In this document: one piece after another, positions 30,818-41,285 of the stretch
How positions within the stretch are numbered: position 1 is the first letter of the stretch
Layout: every line of letters starts with the position of its first letter
Made by a program: the position numbers and the translations under genes
The notes under the pieces: generated by a model
What the model was told of the DNA's origin: nothing
What the model saw: the letters and a program-made list of their open reading frames with translations, nothing else
Database searches by the model: none
NCBI GenBank assembly: GCA_963831215.1
Contig: CAWHPM010000012.1
Span: 189,801 to 253,800, forward strand
DNA length: 64,000 nt
From: an uncultured Alphaproteobacteria bacterium
GTDB taxonomy: Bacteria; Pseudomonadota; Alphaproteobacteria; Sphingomonadales; Sphingomonadaceae
Direction: 5' to 3'

Positions 30818-32802
30818 ATGAAGCGTCGCATGGCGTTGAAGAGCCTTGTCCTCGCGGTCGCGTTGCTGGCCGCCGCGCCGGTGCTCGCCGAAAGCCATGT
30901 CGCGGTCGCGGTGCAGCCGGGTGGCGACATTCCGACGAACTTCCGCCCGACCGTCCCGCCGATCCCCAAGGGCGGCGACGTTCCCCGGCGCTTTTCCGCG
31001 CCGCGCGCCGGCTTCCAGTACGTCCGCCGAGAGGTGATGATCCCGATGCGCGACGGGGTTAAGCTCTACGCCGTCCTCATCATCCCGCGGGGAGCCGCCG
31101 CCGCGCCGGGCAAATATCCGATCATGCTCGACCGCACGCCTTATTCGGCGGACAAGGCGACGTCGCACGGAGCGCTCGGGCCGCTCCCCGAGAACATCCT
31201 TTCGCCGCTTTCGGCCGAGCTGGTGCGCGCCGGCTACATCGTCGCGTTCGAGGACGTACGCGGCAAGTACAAGTCGGGCGGCGACTATGTGATGAACCGG
31301 CCCCTGCGCGGTCCGCTCAACCCGACCGCGGTCGACCATTCGACCGACGCCTGGGACACCATCGACTGGCTGGTCAGGAACGTGCCCGAAATCGAACGGC
31401 CGTGTCGGCACGATCGGCACCAGCTACGACGGCTTCACGACCCTGATGAGCCTCGTCAACCCTCACCCGGCGCTCAAGGCCGCGGTGCCGATCAACCCGA
31501 TGGTCGACGTGTGGAAAGGCGACGACTGGTTCCACAACGGCGCCTTCCGGCAGGAGATGATCAGCTACGTCTACGGCCAGACGGCGAGCAGGAAGTCCGA
31601 CGAGGACTGGTTCAGCCAGGGCTACGACGATTATGCGACCTTCCTCCGCTATGGCTCGGCGGGCGCCTACGGCCAGGCGATGGGCATGGACCAATTGCCC
31701 TTCTGGGTGCGCCTGACCCAGCACCCCGACTATGACGAATATTGGCGGGACCAGGCGGTCGACCGAATCCTCGCCGCCAGCCCGCTCACCGTGCCGACCC
31801 TGTTCGTCGACAGCGAATGGGACCAGGAGGACATTTACGGCGCCGCCGCCGCCTTCAACGCCGTGAAGGCGAGCGGCAAGGCCCATCTCGTCCTCGGCCC
31901 GTGGCACCACGGCGAAGCGAACGGCGCCGCATCGACGCTCGGGCCGCTCGACTGGGGCTCGGACACCGGCAAGTGGTTCCGCGAGAACCTGCTCCTGCCC
32001 TTCCTCGACGAGCAGCTGAAGGGCGGCCCACCCGCCGACATCGCGCGCGTGACGGCGTTCGAGGTCGGACCCAACCGCTGGGAGCGCCTCGACGACTGGC
32101 CGCAAGCCTGCGCCAGCGGCTGTCCGGCCGGCCTGACGCCGCTCTATCTCGCGCCCGGCAAGAGCCTTGGCTTCGCCGCTCCGCCGGCGCCCTCGTCCGA
32201 CAGTTACGTCTCCGACCCCGCGCGCCCGGTCACCTATCGCCAGCGCCCCAACATCTCGCCCTGGTCGACCGGCTCGACCTGGCGCTATCTGGCTCGAGGA
32301 CGATCAGCGCTTCGCCGAGGCGCGGCCCGACGTCCTCACCTACGAGACCGAGCCGCTGACCCAGCCGCTGTCGCTCAAGGGCACGCCGCTCGTTCATCTC
32401 GTCGCCTCGACCAGCGGCACCGACAGCGACTGGGTCGTAAAGCTGATCGACGTTTATCCCTCCCAATACCCGCAGAAGCCCGAGATGGGCGGCTACGAGC
32501 TCGCGATCGCGATGGACGTGATGCGCGGGCGCTACCGCGCCGACCCCGCGCACCCGCGGCCGCTCACCCCCAACGCGCCGCTCACCTACGAATTCCCGCT
32601 CCCCAGCGTCGACTATGTCATCCAGCCCGGCCACCGCCTGATGGTCCAGGTCCAGTCGAGCTGGTTCCCGCTCTACGACCGCAACCCGCAGACCTTCGTC
32701 CCCAACATCTTCTTCGCGAAGGCGAGCGACTACCGCGCCGCGACGCAGAAGGTGTTCACCGGCGGCAACGGCAGCTGGATCGGCCTTCCCCTCGTCAAGT
32801 GA
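30818..32802 (+). CDS. CocE/NonD family hydrolase (frameshifts ~31390, ~32285)
   Basis: MRDGVKL, RTPY, DVRGK, GTSYDG, GPWHH, QSSWFPLYDRNPQ. Confidence 0.9.
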
Positions 32803-32846
32803 CCTTGCGCGCCTGAACCGCCGTCGCTACCTCGCCATCCGGGCCT

Positions 32847-32922
32847 AGGAGTGTAGCTCAGTTGGTAGAGCATCGGTCTCCAAAACCGAGGGTCGTGGGT
32901 TCGAGTCCCTCCACTCCTGCCA
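32847..32922 (+). tRNA. tRNA-Trp (CCA)
   Basis: Acceptor stem AGGAGTG/CACTCCT, anticodon loop CTCCAAA, GGTTCGAGTCC T-loop, encoded CCA. Confidence 0.97.
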
Positions 32923-33139
32923 TCCGCTAGAACGCCCGGCGCGAAGCCGCGGAACTGCGGCTGGAACGGCGACCAAAACGGTCGGACCTTCTATCGTGAA
33001 ACAGCAAGAGCCGCTCGCCGGGGCAGGAGGTGGAATTGACGCCACGCGCTCCGCGGCCGCCCCCCGCAAGCCGCCAGGCTTGCCGACGGCGCTCATGCCG
33101 TCGGCGAGAATCCGGGGCTTGCGAGTGAGGGCGCGCCTC

Positions 33140-33481
33140 TCAATTGGCTGGAGAAGTAATGGCGATCGCAGTCGTGAGGCCGGTTGCCGAGGGGCTCTGG
33201 GCAAGCACCTTGTCGAGCTGTGCCTTGCCGCCGGCGACTGCGGATTTCACGCAGGCGATGGCCACGAGATACTCGATCCCGCGATAGCCCTCCGCGCCCT
33301 CGCAGACTTCCCTTGCCGCGGCGCGGATCCGCAGCTTCAGGCGAACGACGTCCCTCGCGCGGCCGAGGTCGTAGTCGGCGAGCGGGATGACGACCCTCGG
33401 GGCATCGCTGACGACCGTAATCGGCTGTTGGCCCGGAGCGCTCGCGGCGATTGCGAACGACAGTAGAATTGGCGTAAACAT
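33140..33481 (-). CDS. UrcA family secreted protein
   Basis: Signal peptide; ADYDL...RIRAAAREVC...C pattern. Confidence 0.78.
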   Translation of the reverse strand: MFTPILLSFAIAASAPGQQPITVVSDAPRVVIPLADYDLGRARDVVRLKLRIRAAAREVCEGAEGYRGIEYLVAIACVKSAVAGGKAQLDKVLAQSPSATGLTTAIAITSPAN

Positions 33482-33546
33482 CTTGGCCTCCTTTTCGAAA
33501 TTCGAGGCCCGAGAGGTTGCCTTGCTCGTCGGTACTATGGGATGAT

Positions 33547-33583
33547 GATGATCTGACGATTTGCCGATGATTTGCCGATGATC
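33547..33583. promoter_or_regulatory. 11-bp-phased direct repeats, candidate wHTH operator
   Basis: GATGATCTGAC GATTTGCCGAT GATTTGCCGAT GATC between divergent genes. Confidence 0.5.
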
Positions 33584-33597
33584 GGGGGGCAGCGCCG

Positions 33598-35151
33598 GTG
33601 AATGACGCGGTTCGGATTGCAGCTGACGGCTTGATGACGACGGCGGAGCTTGCCGGGCGGCCCGACTTCACGCTTGGTCTGGCGGCGATCAGCCCGTCGA
33701 GCCGGACGATCGCGGGACCGGGCGGCACCGCCGACGTCGAGCCGCGCGTGATGCAGGTGCTCGTCGTCCTCGCCGACGCCGCCGGCCAGGTCGTCACCCG
33801 CGATACCTTGTTTCACCGGTGCTGGGGCGGCGTCTATGTCGGCGACGACAGCCTCAACCGCGCGATCGGCGCCGTGAGGAAGATCGCCGCCGACATCGCC
33901 GGCGGAAGTTTCGAGATCGAGACCGTGCCTCGCACGGGATACCGGCTGGTCGGAGAGGTTGATCTTCCGGAGCAGCCGAGCGGCATCCTGCTCGCCGATG
34001 GGAGCCGGATCCCGAGGCGAACGGTCATTGCCGGAGCGCTGGTGGCGGCGGGAACGGGGGCATTGGGCCTTTGGGGGATTCGCCGCTCTCAGGAGGAACG
34101 ACAGTTCGACGACCTGATGGATCGTGGCCGGCAGGCGCTCAGTTACGGTGATCCCACTGCCGATCCCGCGGCATATTTCCGACGGGCAGTGGCCATGCGG
34201 CCCGGCGATTCCAGGGCTCAAGGGCTTCTCGCTTGTTCGGAAGCGGTTTACGGCGATCCCCGCGCAGCTGACGACGCAATGTTGCGCGCCGACCGCGCCG
34301 CGCGCGCCGCGCTTGCGATCGATCCCAGCGAACCGAACGCCCGCCTTGCGCTGACCGTGCTGCATGGATCGATGCTGGATTTCGCCGCGACGGAAGATCG
34401 GTTGCGGGCGATCCTCGCCACCGCTCCCGCGGACACCTTGGTGATGCGCCTGCTCTGGGGCTTCCTTCAGTCGACGGGGCAAAGTCGCGCTTCGCTTGCT
34501 CTGATCGAGCGCGCCCTCGCCATCGAACCGCTTGCCGCCGCCAACAATTTCCCAAGGGCCCAATTGCTGTGGATTCTCGGGCGGACGGCGGAAGCGGACA
34601 GGGTCATCGACAACGCGATCCAAATTTGGCCCTCGCACCCCTCCGTGCGGTTCGCGCGGTTCATGATCCTGGCCTTCACTGGCAGACCTCGTGCGGCGCT
34701 CGCCATGCTGGATGACGCAAGGACCAGGCCCCAGGACTTTTCGCCCGAAATGATTTCGCTGTTGCGGGTGTCGCTTCGGGCTCTGGACCAACGCACCGCA
34801 GCGAGCATCGCGGCCGCGCGCAGCGCCAACCTCGAAGCGGCCAGGCGGAATCCGGGGCTCTCCAATTTCGCGGTCGAGGTGCTTTCGGTGCTCGGCGACG
34901 TCGATGATGCCTTCGAGATTGCGAACGGCCTCCTGCTGTTCCGCCGACCGATCGAGCTCCGCTCCCAGGCGCCAGCCAAGCCGCCACCGATCAGGAGCAC
35001 CGGATGGCGATTCTCGCCCTGGCTGTTCACGCCGCCCCTCGCGCCACTTCGCGCCGACCCGCGCTTCAAGGTGCTGTGTGACGGCATCGGGCTCACCCAA
35101 TATTGGGCGAAGCGCGGGATCAAGCCCGACTATCAGCTCGGCATTACCTAG
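33598..35151 (+). CDS. CadC/OmpR-type winged-helix regulator with TM helix and TPR-like domain
   Basis: VEPRVMQVL, VGDDSLNRAI, IETVPRTGYRL, then TM and helical repeats. Confidence 0.88.
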   Translation: MNDAVRIAADGLMTTAELAGRPDFTLGLAAISPSSRTIAGPGGTADVEPRVMQVLVVLADAAGQVVTRDTLFHRCWGGVYVGDDSLNRAIGAVRKIAADIAGGSFEIETVPRTGYRLVGEVDLPEQPSGILLADGSRIPRRTVIAGALVAAGTGALGLWGIRRSQEERQFDDLMDRGRQALSYGDPTADPAAYFRRAVAMRPGDSRAQGLLACSEAVYGDPRAADDAMLRADRAARAALAIDPSEPNARLALTVLHGSMLDFAATEDRLRAILATAPADTLVMRLLWGFLQSTGQSRASLALIERALAIEPLAAANNFPRAQLLWILGRTAEADRVIDNAIQIWPSHPSVRFARFMILAFTGRPRAALAMLDDARTRPQDFSPEMISLLRVSLRALDQRTAASIAAARSANLEAARRNPGLSNFAVEVLSVLGDVDDAFEIANGLLLFRRPIELRSQAPAKPPPIRSTGWRFSPWLFTPPLAPLRADPRFKVLCDGIGLTQYWAKRGIKPDYQLGIT

Positions 35152-35160
35152 AATCGGGAC

Positions 35161-37197
35161 CTAGAATCGGGTTTCGAGGCCGACCCCGACCATGCGCGGA
35201 TCCTCGGCGCTTGCGGCTTCGTTGTCGAACCGGTCCACCAAAGCGAACTTGTCGAACAGGTTGCGCGCATAGGCAAAGGCGGTGACGCGTCCCAAGCGGT
35301 ATTCGGCGCGCGTATCGACGATCAACGCGCGCGGGACGCGCACCTCGGCCGAGTTGACGTCGTCGGCGAAATATCGGCTGTGGTAGCGCGCCTGCGCCGA
35401 CCAACGCAGCCGCGGGCTCGCGTCCCAGTCGATCGCGGCCGCGGCGCTCAGATGCGGCGAGCGCGCGAACATGTTGCCGGTGAATTCCGGATAATCGAGC
35501 CCGGCGTCGACCAGCCTGGTGCGCAACAGGCCGGCCGACAGTCGCGCGGAGAGATTGTCGCGCATCCGCCAGTCGAGCTCGATTTCCGCCCCGTAACTAT
35601 GCGCCTTGGGGGCGTTGAACAGATCGGCGAAGCCGACTTCGAGCCCGTCCGAGGTGGTCACGATGATGCCCTTCAGGCGCTGGGCGTGACGCATGTCGTA
35701 GTAGAAGAGGTTGGCCGACGCACTCAAGCCGTCGTCAAGCCGCGCGCGCGCGAAAAGCTCATAGTCCCACAGCTTCTCCGCCTCGAAATTGTCTGGCCTG
35801 GCGATATCGAAGCGCAGGGTCGTCCCGCCGGGGTTATACGCGCGCTGCACCAGCAGCCCGGCGCGCGCCGCCGGGCTGAAGTCGTAAGCGAGCGAGAGCT
35901 TGGGAAGCCAGGCGCGGAAGGTCCGGTCGAAGTCGAGCGGGACGCTGCCGAATGTCGTTGTGAGGGCTCCGTCGCGATTCTGCCGGTCCTGCTGATAACG
36001 CAGCCCCGCCGTGACGGTAAGGCCGGGCGCGACGACCAGGTTCGACTCGCCGAACAGGCCGACGGAATCCTGGACGTCGCCGAACCTGCCGATCGCGCCG
36101 CTCAGGCGCGACAGATTGATGAATTGCCGCAGCTTGAGGTGCGTGCGGCTGGTTCCGGCCACGACCCGAACGGCCCCTGTGGCGACCAGTTCAGGACAGC
36201 TTCGGCCGACCAGTCGCGGCCCTGGTTGTGGACTTGGCCGAAACCCGAAAAGGCGAGCCTGCGCGAATCGCTGTCGCCGCCGGTGACGATCACATCGGCG
36301 GTGAGGTCGCCCGCGATCATTTGGTGCAACGCCGCCGTCAGCGCGTCGACGTTGATCTTGAACGTGCCATAGAAGCCGCTCGAAGTCGCGGCGCTTCTTG
36401 AACGGGGCGGTCAGCCCGACGACTTGCGGCGCCTGCGACTGATTGTGCGAATAAGTGACGAGCAGCCGCGTGTCCGCCATTCCGCGCGGCCGCACCAGCA
36501 GCTTGCCTCGGACAAAGCCGTAGACGTCGTGATTGGGGTCGCCGCCCTCGATCCGGTCGGCAATTCGGCTCGTGGTGCGACTGTAGCGGATTTCGCCCGC
36601 GACCCTCAGGGCGACGTCGCCCGAGAGCGGCGTGGACACGAGCGCGGAGACGTCGCCGGTGTGATAATTGCCCGCGATCGCCCGCGCCCGCTGCTCAGGC
36701 TCGAAGGTCGGGTCATTCGAATAGACGAAAATCGCGCCGGCGATCGAGTTCTGCCCCTGCGTTGTCGTCTGAGGGCTTCGGAACACCTCGATCCGGTTCA
36801 GGTCCCACGCCGGGGCGGCGGCGAACACGAACTCGTTGTAGGTCTCGCGCCGGCCGTCGACGACGATCGTCGTACGCGGCCGGTTGCCGCCGAGGAAAGC
36901 AGGCAGCGCGACCAACGCGCCGGTCGTGTCCTGGCCGCGGATCGCCGGGCCTTGGCTGCCGTTGCCGAGCTGGACGTTGGGGACGAGTTCAAGCATCTGC
37001 TTGACCCGATCCGCCGAGGCGGCCTCGATATCGCGCTGGCTTACCACGGACACGCTGGAGGCGGTATCGCGTAGCGAGCGCTTGACCCGCTCGCCGGTGA
37101 CGATGATCGTCGATGGATCGTCTGGGGGCGGCGGCGGGGCGGGCGAAGCGGCCGAAGCCCCCGCGGCCAACGCCCAGCCCAGCAACGCCACCCCCAT
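35161..37197 (-). CDS. TonB-dependent receptor (compensating frameshifts ~36180-36380)
   Basis: Signal peptide, TIIVTG TonB box, IEVFRSPQ, NLFDK, C-terminal F. Confidence 0.9.
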   Translation of the reverse strand: MGVALLGWALAAGASAASPAPPPPPDDPSTIIVTGERVKRSLRDTASSVSVVSQRDIEAASADRVKQMLELVPNVQLGNGSQGPAIRGQDTTGALVALPAFLGGNRPRTTIVVDGRRETYNEFVFAAAPAWDLNRIEVFRSPQTTTQGQNSIAGAIFVYSNDPTFEPEQRARAIAGNYHTGDVSALVSTPLSGDVALRVAGEIRYSRTTSRIADRIEGGDPNHDVYGFVRGKLLVRPRGMADTRLLVTYSHNQSQAPQVVGLTAPFKKRRDFERLLWHVQDQRRRADGGVAPNDRGRPHRRCDRHRRRQRFAQARLFGFRPSPQPGPRLVGRSCPELVATGAVRVVAGTSRTHLKLRQFINLSRLSGAIGRFGDVQDSVGLFGESNLVVAPGLTVTAGLRYQQDRQNRDGALTTTFGSVPLDFDRTFRAWLPKLSLAYDFSPAARAGLLVQRAYNPGGTTLRFDIARPDNFEAEKLWDYELFARARLDDGLSASANLFYYDMRHAQRLKGIIVTTSDGLEVGFADLFNAPKAHSYGAEIELDWRMRDNLSARLSAGLLRTRLVDAGLDYPEFTGNMFARSPHLSAAAAIDWDASPRLRWSAQARYHSRYFADDVNSAEVRVPRALIVDTRAEYRLGRVTAFAYARNLFDKFALVDRFDNEAASAEDPRMVGVGLETRF

Positions 37198-37387
37198 GCC
37201 CGAGCCCCCGCTGAGCAATTCCCGGCACTAACCTGTGCTATAGCGCAAAAGCAGCGGAGGCGGACCTTATCTTTAGCGAACCACTTGCATGCCTTGAAGA
37301 CTCAGGCCCGCGCCGCTAAGTGACCCCCAGCCCCGCCGGCCGTTCAGGCCCGCGGGGCGCTTTTCTATCCGCAACTCGAGAAGAACA

Positions 37388-37585
37388 GTGGCAAGAGTCT
37401 CCCCCGGCGAATTCATCCGTCAGGTCCGCGCCGAGACCTCCAAGGTCTATTGGCCGAGCCGCAAGGAGACCGTCGCGACCGCGATCATGGTGCTGATCAT
37501 GTCGATCTTGCTCAGCGTCTTCTTCTTCGGGGTCGACGCCGCTTTCTCGAGCGCGGTCAAATATCTCCTGAGCTTCCTTGGTTAG
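37388..37585 (+). CDS. secE: preprotein translocase SecE
   Basis: EFIRQVRAETSKVYWPSRKET; upstream of nusG. Confidence 0.95.
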   Translation: MARVSPGEFIRQVRAETSKVYWPSRKETVATAIMVLIMSILLSVFFFGVDAAFSSAVKYLLSFLG

Positions 37586-37596
37586 GTCACAGACGC

Positions 37597-38134
37597 ATGT
37601 CCCGCTGGTACATCATCCACGCTTATTCCGGCTTCGAGAACAAGGTCCGCGACGCGATCCACAGCGAAGCCAACCGCATGGGCCTCACCCCCTTCGTCGA
37701 GCAGATCGAGGTCCCGACCGAGACCGTGACCGAGATCAAGCGCGGCAAGAAGGTCCAGGCCGAGCGCAAGTTCATGCCCGGCTACGTCCTCGCCAAGCTC
37801 GAGATGAACGACCAGGTCTACCACCTCGTCAAGAACACGCCGAAGGTGACCGGCTTCCTCGGCCCCGGCGGCAAGCCCCAGCCGATCCCCGACGCCCAGG
37901 CCGCGCGCATGCTCTCGAGCGAGGCCGAAGCCGCCTCCTCGCCCAAGCAGAAGATCAACGTCGACTATGAGATCGGCGACGCGGTCAAGGTCCTCGACGG
38001 CCCGTTCGCCACCTTCAACGGCACCGTCGAAGAGCTCGACTTCGACCGCGGCCGGGTGAAGGTCTCGGTGTCAGATCTTCGGGCGAGCGACGCCGGTGGA
38101 GCTGGAGTTCGAGCAGGTCGAACGCGTGAAGTAG
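37597..38134 (+). CDS. nusG: transcription factor NusG (frameshift ~38072)
   Basis: WYIIHAYSGFENKV, PGYVL, GPFATFNG, IFGRATPVELEF in an alternate frame. Confidence 0.95.
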
Positions 38135-38215
38135 CCCCGCAAGACCTCGCTCCCTGCGAAGCATTTACTCGAAGGAGGGGGACCATCGGAACGGCCTTAC
38201 GGATTAATGCTCCGC

Positions 38216-38662
38216 TCACTTCCGCGGATCGTCCTTCGGATCGGCATACGTGATCGCGAACGGGCCCATCGCGCTCACCTCGACCAGCGTCGGCTCGGTC
38301 GTGAAGACCCAGTGGTTCATGCCCGACTGCATCGTGATATGGGTCTTGGGGTCGGTCAGCTGGCCGGCGTTCCCTTTGTCGAGCTTGTCGCCCATGCCGT
38401 AGTTGAGCGTGCCCGAGCGGACCCGGACGACCTCGTCGGTCGGGTGGTGGTGCGGCGGGACGGCGTAGTTGGCGGGCATCTTGATCTGGATCTTGAACAT
38501 CCCGGCCTTGCCGGGATCGCCCGAGAGCACCGCCATCTGCGCGCCCGCCGGAAGCCCGGCGCCGGAGACGTCCATCCATTTCATGGGCTTGGCCTGCGGC
38601 GGCGGTCGCGGATCGGCGGCGAGCAGTGCCGAAAAGCGTGACGAACATGAGTATCGCTTCAT
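38216..38662 (-). CDS. secreted cupin domain protein
   Basis: [16 protein letters not shown]...MGPF. Confidence 0.8.
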   Translation of the reverse strand: MKRYSCSSRFSALLAADPRPPPQAKPMKWMDVSGAGLPAGAQMAVLSGDPGKAGMFKIQIKMPANYAVPPHHHPTDEVVRVRSGTLNYGMGDKLDKGNAGQLTDPKTHITMQSGMNHWVFTTEPTLVEVSAMGPFAITYADPKDDPRK

Positions 38663-38767
38663 GCGAAACCCCCTGGTGCATACCTTCCCGCCGCGGCCGT
38701 TACCAGAAGTTGCAGCCTGTTCCCACTTCGTGTAGTGGCGCCGCCTTCCGAGCACATTGGAAATCAT

Positions 38768-38800
38768 GCGGGAGGGCGCTTCGGCGTTCGCTTGGACCGC
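38768..38800 (+). promoter_or_regulatory. putative L1-binding leader of rplK-rplA
   Basis: GCGG-GAG...UUCG hairpin...ACCGC ~48 nt upstream of rplK. Confidence 0.5.
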
Positions 38801-38847
38801 TAAACTTGAACCGCCCTCGAAGACACTTTCGGCAACTACAGAGTGAC

Positions 38848-39279
38848 ATGGCAAAGAAAATCACCGGCTATATCAAGCTGCAGGTGCCGGCCGGCACCGC
38901 CAACCCCGCCCCGCCGATCGGCCCCGCGCTCGGTCAGCGCGGAGTCAACATCATGGAGTTCTGCAAGGCGTTCAACGCCGCGACGCAGGAGCTCGAGAAG
39001 GGCGCTCCGATCCCGACGGTGATCACCGTCTATGCGGACCGCGCTTCTCGCTTCATCACCAAGACCCCGCCGGCCTCCTTCCTGTTGAAGAAGGCGGCGA
39101 AGATCAAGTCGGGCTCGGCCGAGACCGGCAAGGTCAGCGCGGGGACGATCCGCCGCTCGCAGCTGCGCGACATCGCCGAGGTGAAGATGAAGGATCTGAA
39201 CGCCAACGACCTCGACGCCGCGGCGAAGATCATCGAAGGCTGCGCCCGCGCGATGGGCCTCGACGTGGTGGAGGGCTGA
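38848..39279 (+). CDS. rplK: 50S ribosomal protein L11
   Basis: [26 protein letters not shown]. Confidence 0.97.
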   Translation: MAKKITGYIKLQVPAGTANPAPPIGPALGQRGVNIMEFCKAFNAATQELEKGAPIPTVITVYADRASRFITKTPPASFLLKKAAKIKSGSAETGKVSAGTIRRSQLRDIAEVKMKDLNANDLDAAAKIIEGCARAMGLDVVEG

Positions 39280-39284
39280 GCACG

Positions 39285-39981
39285 ATGGCGAAGCTCACCA
39301 AGCGGCAGAAGGCCCTCACCGCGGTCGATCGCGAGAAGTTCTACGGCGTCGATGAGGCGCTTTCGCTCGTCAAGGGCAACGCCACCGCCAAGTTCGACGA
39401 GACGGTCGAGGTCGCGCTCAACCTCGGCGTCGACCCGCGCCACGCCGACCAGATGGTCCGCGGCGTCGTCTAGCTCCCGAAGGGCACCGGCAAGACCGTC
39501 CGCGTCGCGGTGTTCGCCAAGGGTGCGAAGGCCGAGGAAGCCACCGCCGCCGGCGCGGACGTGGTCGGGGCCGAGGACCTGATGGAGAGGATCCAGGGCG
39601 GCCAGATCGACTTCGACCGAGTGATCGCGACCCCGGACATGATGGGCGTCGTCGGCCGCCTCGGCAAAGGTGCTCGGCCCCAAGGGGCTGATGCCCAACC
39701 CGAAGCTCGGCACGGTCACGATGGACGTCGCAAAGGCGGTCACCGACGCGAAGTCGGGCCAGGTCGAATTTCGCGTCGAGAAGGCGGGAATCGTCCACGC
39801 CGGCATCGGCAAGGCGAGCTTCTCCGAGAGCGACCTTCGCGAGAATTTCGACGCCTTCATGGACGCGATCATCAGGAACAAGCCGTCGGGCGCGAAGGGC
39901 AAGTTCGTGAAGAAGGTCGCCGTGAGCTCGAGCATGGGCCCGGGCGTCAAGGTCGACCTGGAACAGATCGCCGGCGCCTGA
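39285..39981 (+). CDS. rplA: 50S ribosomal protein L1 (apparent internal TAG at 39471 and frameshift ~39668)
   Basis: [30 protein letters not shown]. Confidence 0.95.
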
Positions 39982-40006
39982 AAGCCTTGCGATTAGTGGA
40001 AATGTG

Positions 40007-40041
40007 GAGGCCGGGCAGCGATGTCCCGGCCTCTTTCCTTT
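40007..40041 (+). terminator. intrinsic terminator after rplA
   Basis: GAGGCCGGG/CCCGGCCTC stem then TTTCCTTT. Confidence 0.65.
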
Positions 40042-40193
40042 CGATTTGCCGCAGTGCGGCAACGCGTCGCGCCTGTGGTCCTATGCGCGCCAGCACTTAT
40101 CCACAGCGTCGTCCGCCTTTGCCAAATTCATGAAACAAAGTCGCGAAGGGCTTGTTCGGAGGTCGGGCATACCAACAACGAAAAGGCCATCCT

Positions 40194-41126
40194 ATGCGCA
40201 AATATCTTCTCGCGGGCATCGCCGCGCTCGTGATCGCCGTCCCGGCGGCCGCGACGACGGACAATGCCGGCTACGTCGGGATCGAGGGCGGGATCCTCTT
40301 CCCCAAGTCGCAGCATATCTCCGGCGAGCGTCGACTTCACCGGCACGCCAACGCCGTCGACTTCAACCGCACGACCATCGGCGACTCAACGCTACGAAGG
40401 GCTTGCGACGTCGACTTCATCGGCGGCTACGACTTCGGCATGTTCCGCCTCGAGGGCGAGCTTGGCTACAAGCACGCCAAGGCGAAGGGGTTCAATCCGG
40501 GCGAGACGATCGTCACCGCGATCAACACCGGCGCCGGCACGACCTTCACCACCGATAGCGATTTCGGCAACGGCGGTTCGGCCAGCGTCTATTCGGCCAT
40601 GGCCAACGCGCTGATCGATTTCGGCGGCAACGGCTCGATCGGCGGCTATGCCGGCGGCGGTGCTGGTTATGCCAGCGTGCACCAGTTTGGTCGGAGCAAT
40701 GGCAAGCTCGCCTGGCAGCTGATCGCGGGCGTCTACGCGCCGGTCAGCCCGAACATCGATATCGGCCTGAAGTACCGCTACTTCCACGCAGGCTCGCACA
40801 ATGCTCGCAATTCCTTCGCCTTCACCGGCACGGGAACTTGCGGACCGACGGGCGCGACGTTCCCGTGCGAATCCGGTACCGCGACCTTCAGCGACAGCAG
40901 CAAGTTCACCTCGAACAGCCTGCTGGCGAGCCTGGTGTACAACTTCGGCTCGGCCGCACCGCCGCCGCCCCCGCCACCGCCGCCGCCGCCTCCGCCACCC
41001 CCGGCTCCGGCGACGCAGACCTGCCCGGACGGCTCGGTGATCGCGGCGACGCGCGCCTGCCCGCCGCCGCCTCCACCTCCGCCGCCTCCGCCGGCTCCGG
41101 TCGAGCGCGGCGAGCGCGGTCAGTAA
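40194..41126 (+). CDS. outer-membrane beta-barrel protein with polyproline tail ending ERGERGQ
   Basis: Signal peptide, YVGIEGG, GYDFGMFRLEGE, LKYRYF, SLVYNFG, then poly-Pro with CPDGSVI..C. Confidence 0.88.
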   Translation: MRKYLLAGIAALVIAVPAAATTDNAGYVGIEGGILFPKSQHISGERRLHRHANAVDFNRTTIGDSTLRRACDVDFIGGYDFGMFRLEGELGYKHAKAKGFNPGETIVTAINTGAGTTFTTDSDFGNGGSASVYSAMANALIDFGGNGSIGGYAGGGAGYASVHQFGRSNGKLAWQLIAGVYAPVSPNIDIGLKYRYFHAGSHNARNSFAFTGTGTCGPTGATFPCESGTATFSDSSKFTSNSLLASLVYNFGSAAPPPPPPPPPPPPPPPAPATQTCPDGSVIAATRACPPPPPPPPPPPAPVERGERGQ

Positions 41127-41156
41127 GCAACCCTCGCTTGAACAGGGGAGCAAGAC

Positions 41157-41193
41157 GGCCCGGGCGAGCGACAGCTCGTCCGGGCCTCTTTTT
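41157..41193 (+). terminator. intrinsic terminator
   Basis: GGCCCGGGCGAGC/GCTCGTCCGGGCC stem then TCTTTTT. Confidence 0.8.
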
Positions 41194-41285
41194 CGTCGAG
41201 CGCGGGCGGCTTTCCGTCGAACGTCGGGCCGCGGTTAAGCGGCGCTAGCGGCTAGCGTTTCCGCCGCACCTCGAGTGGAGTATCC

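Noticed and set aside
32983-37268. CGGACCTT repeat at both ends of the tRNA-Trp insert as att sites
   Set aside because: Only 8 bp, not derived from the tRNA 3-prime end, and no integrase
39471-39473. In-frame TAG in rplA as possible stop-codon reassignment
   Set aside because: Single instance, one substitution from a sense codon, and TAG is used as a normal stop by many genes here
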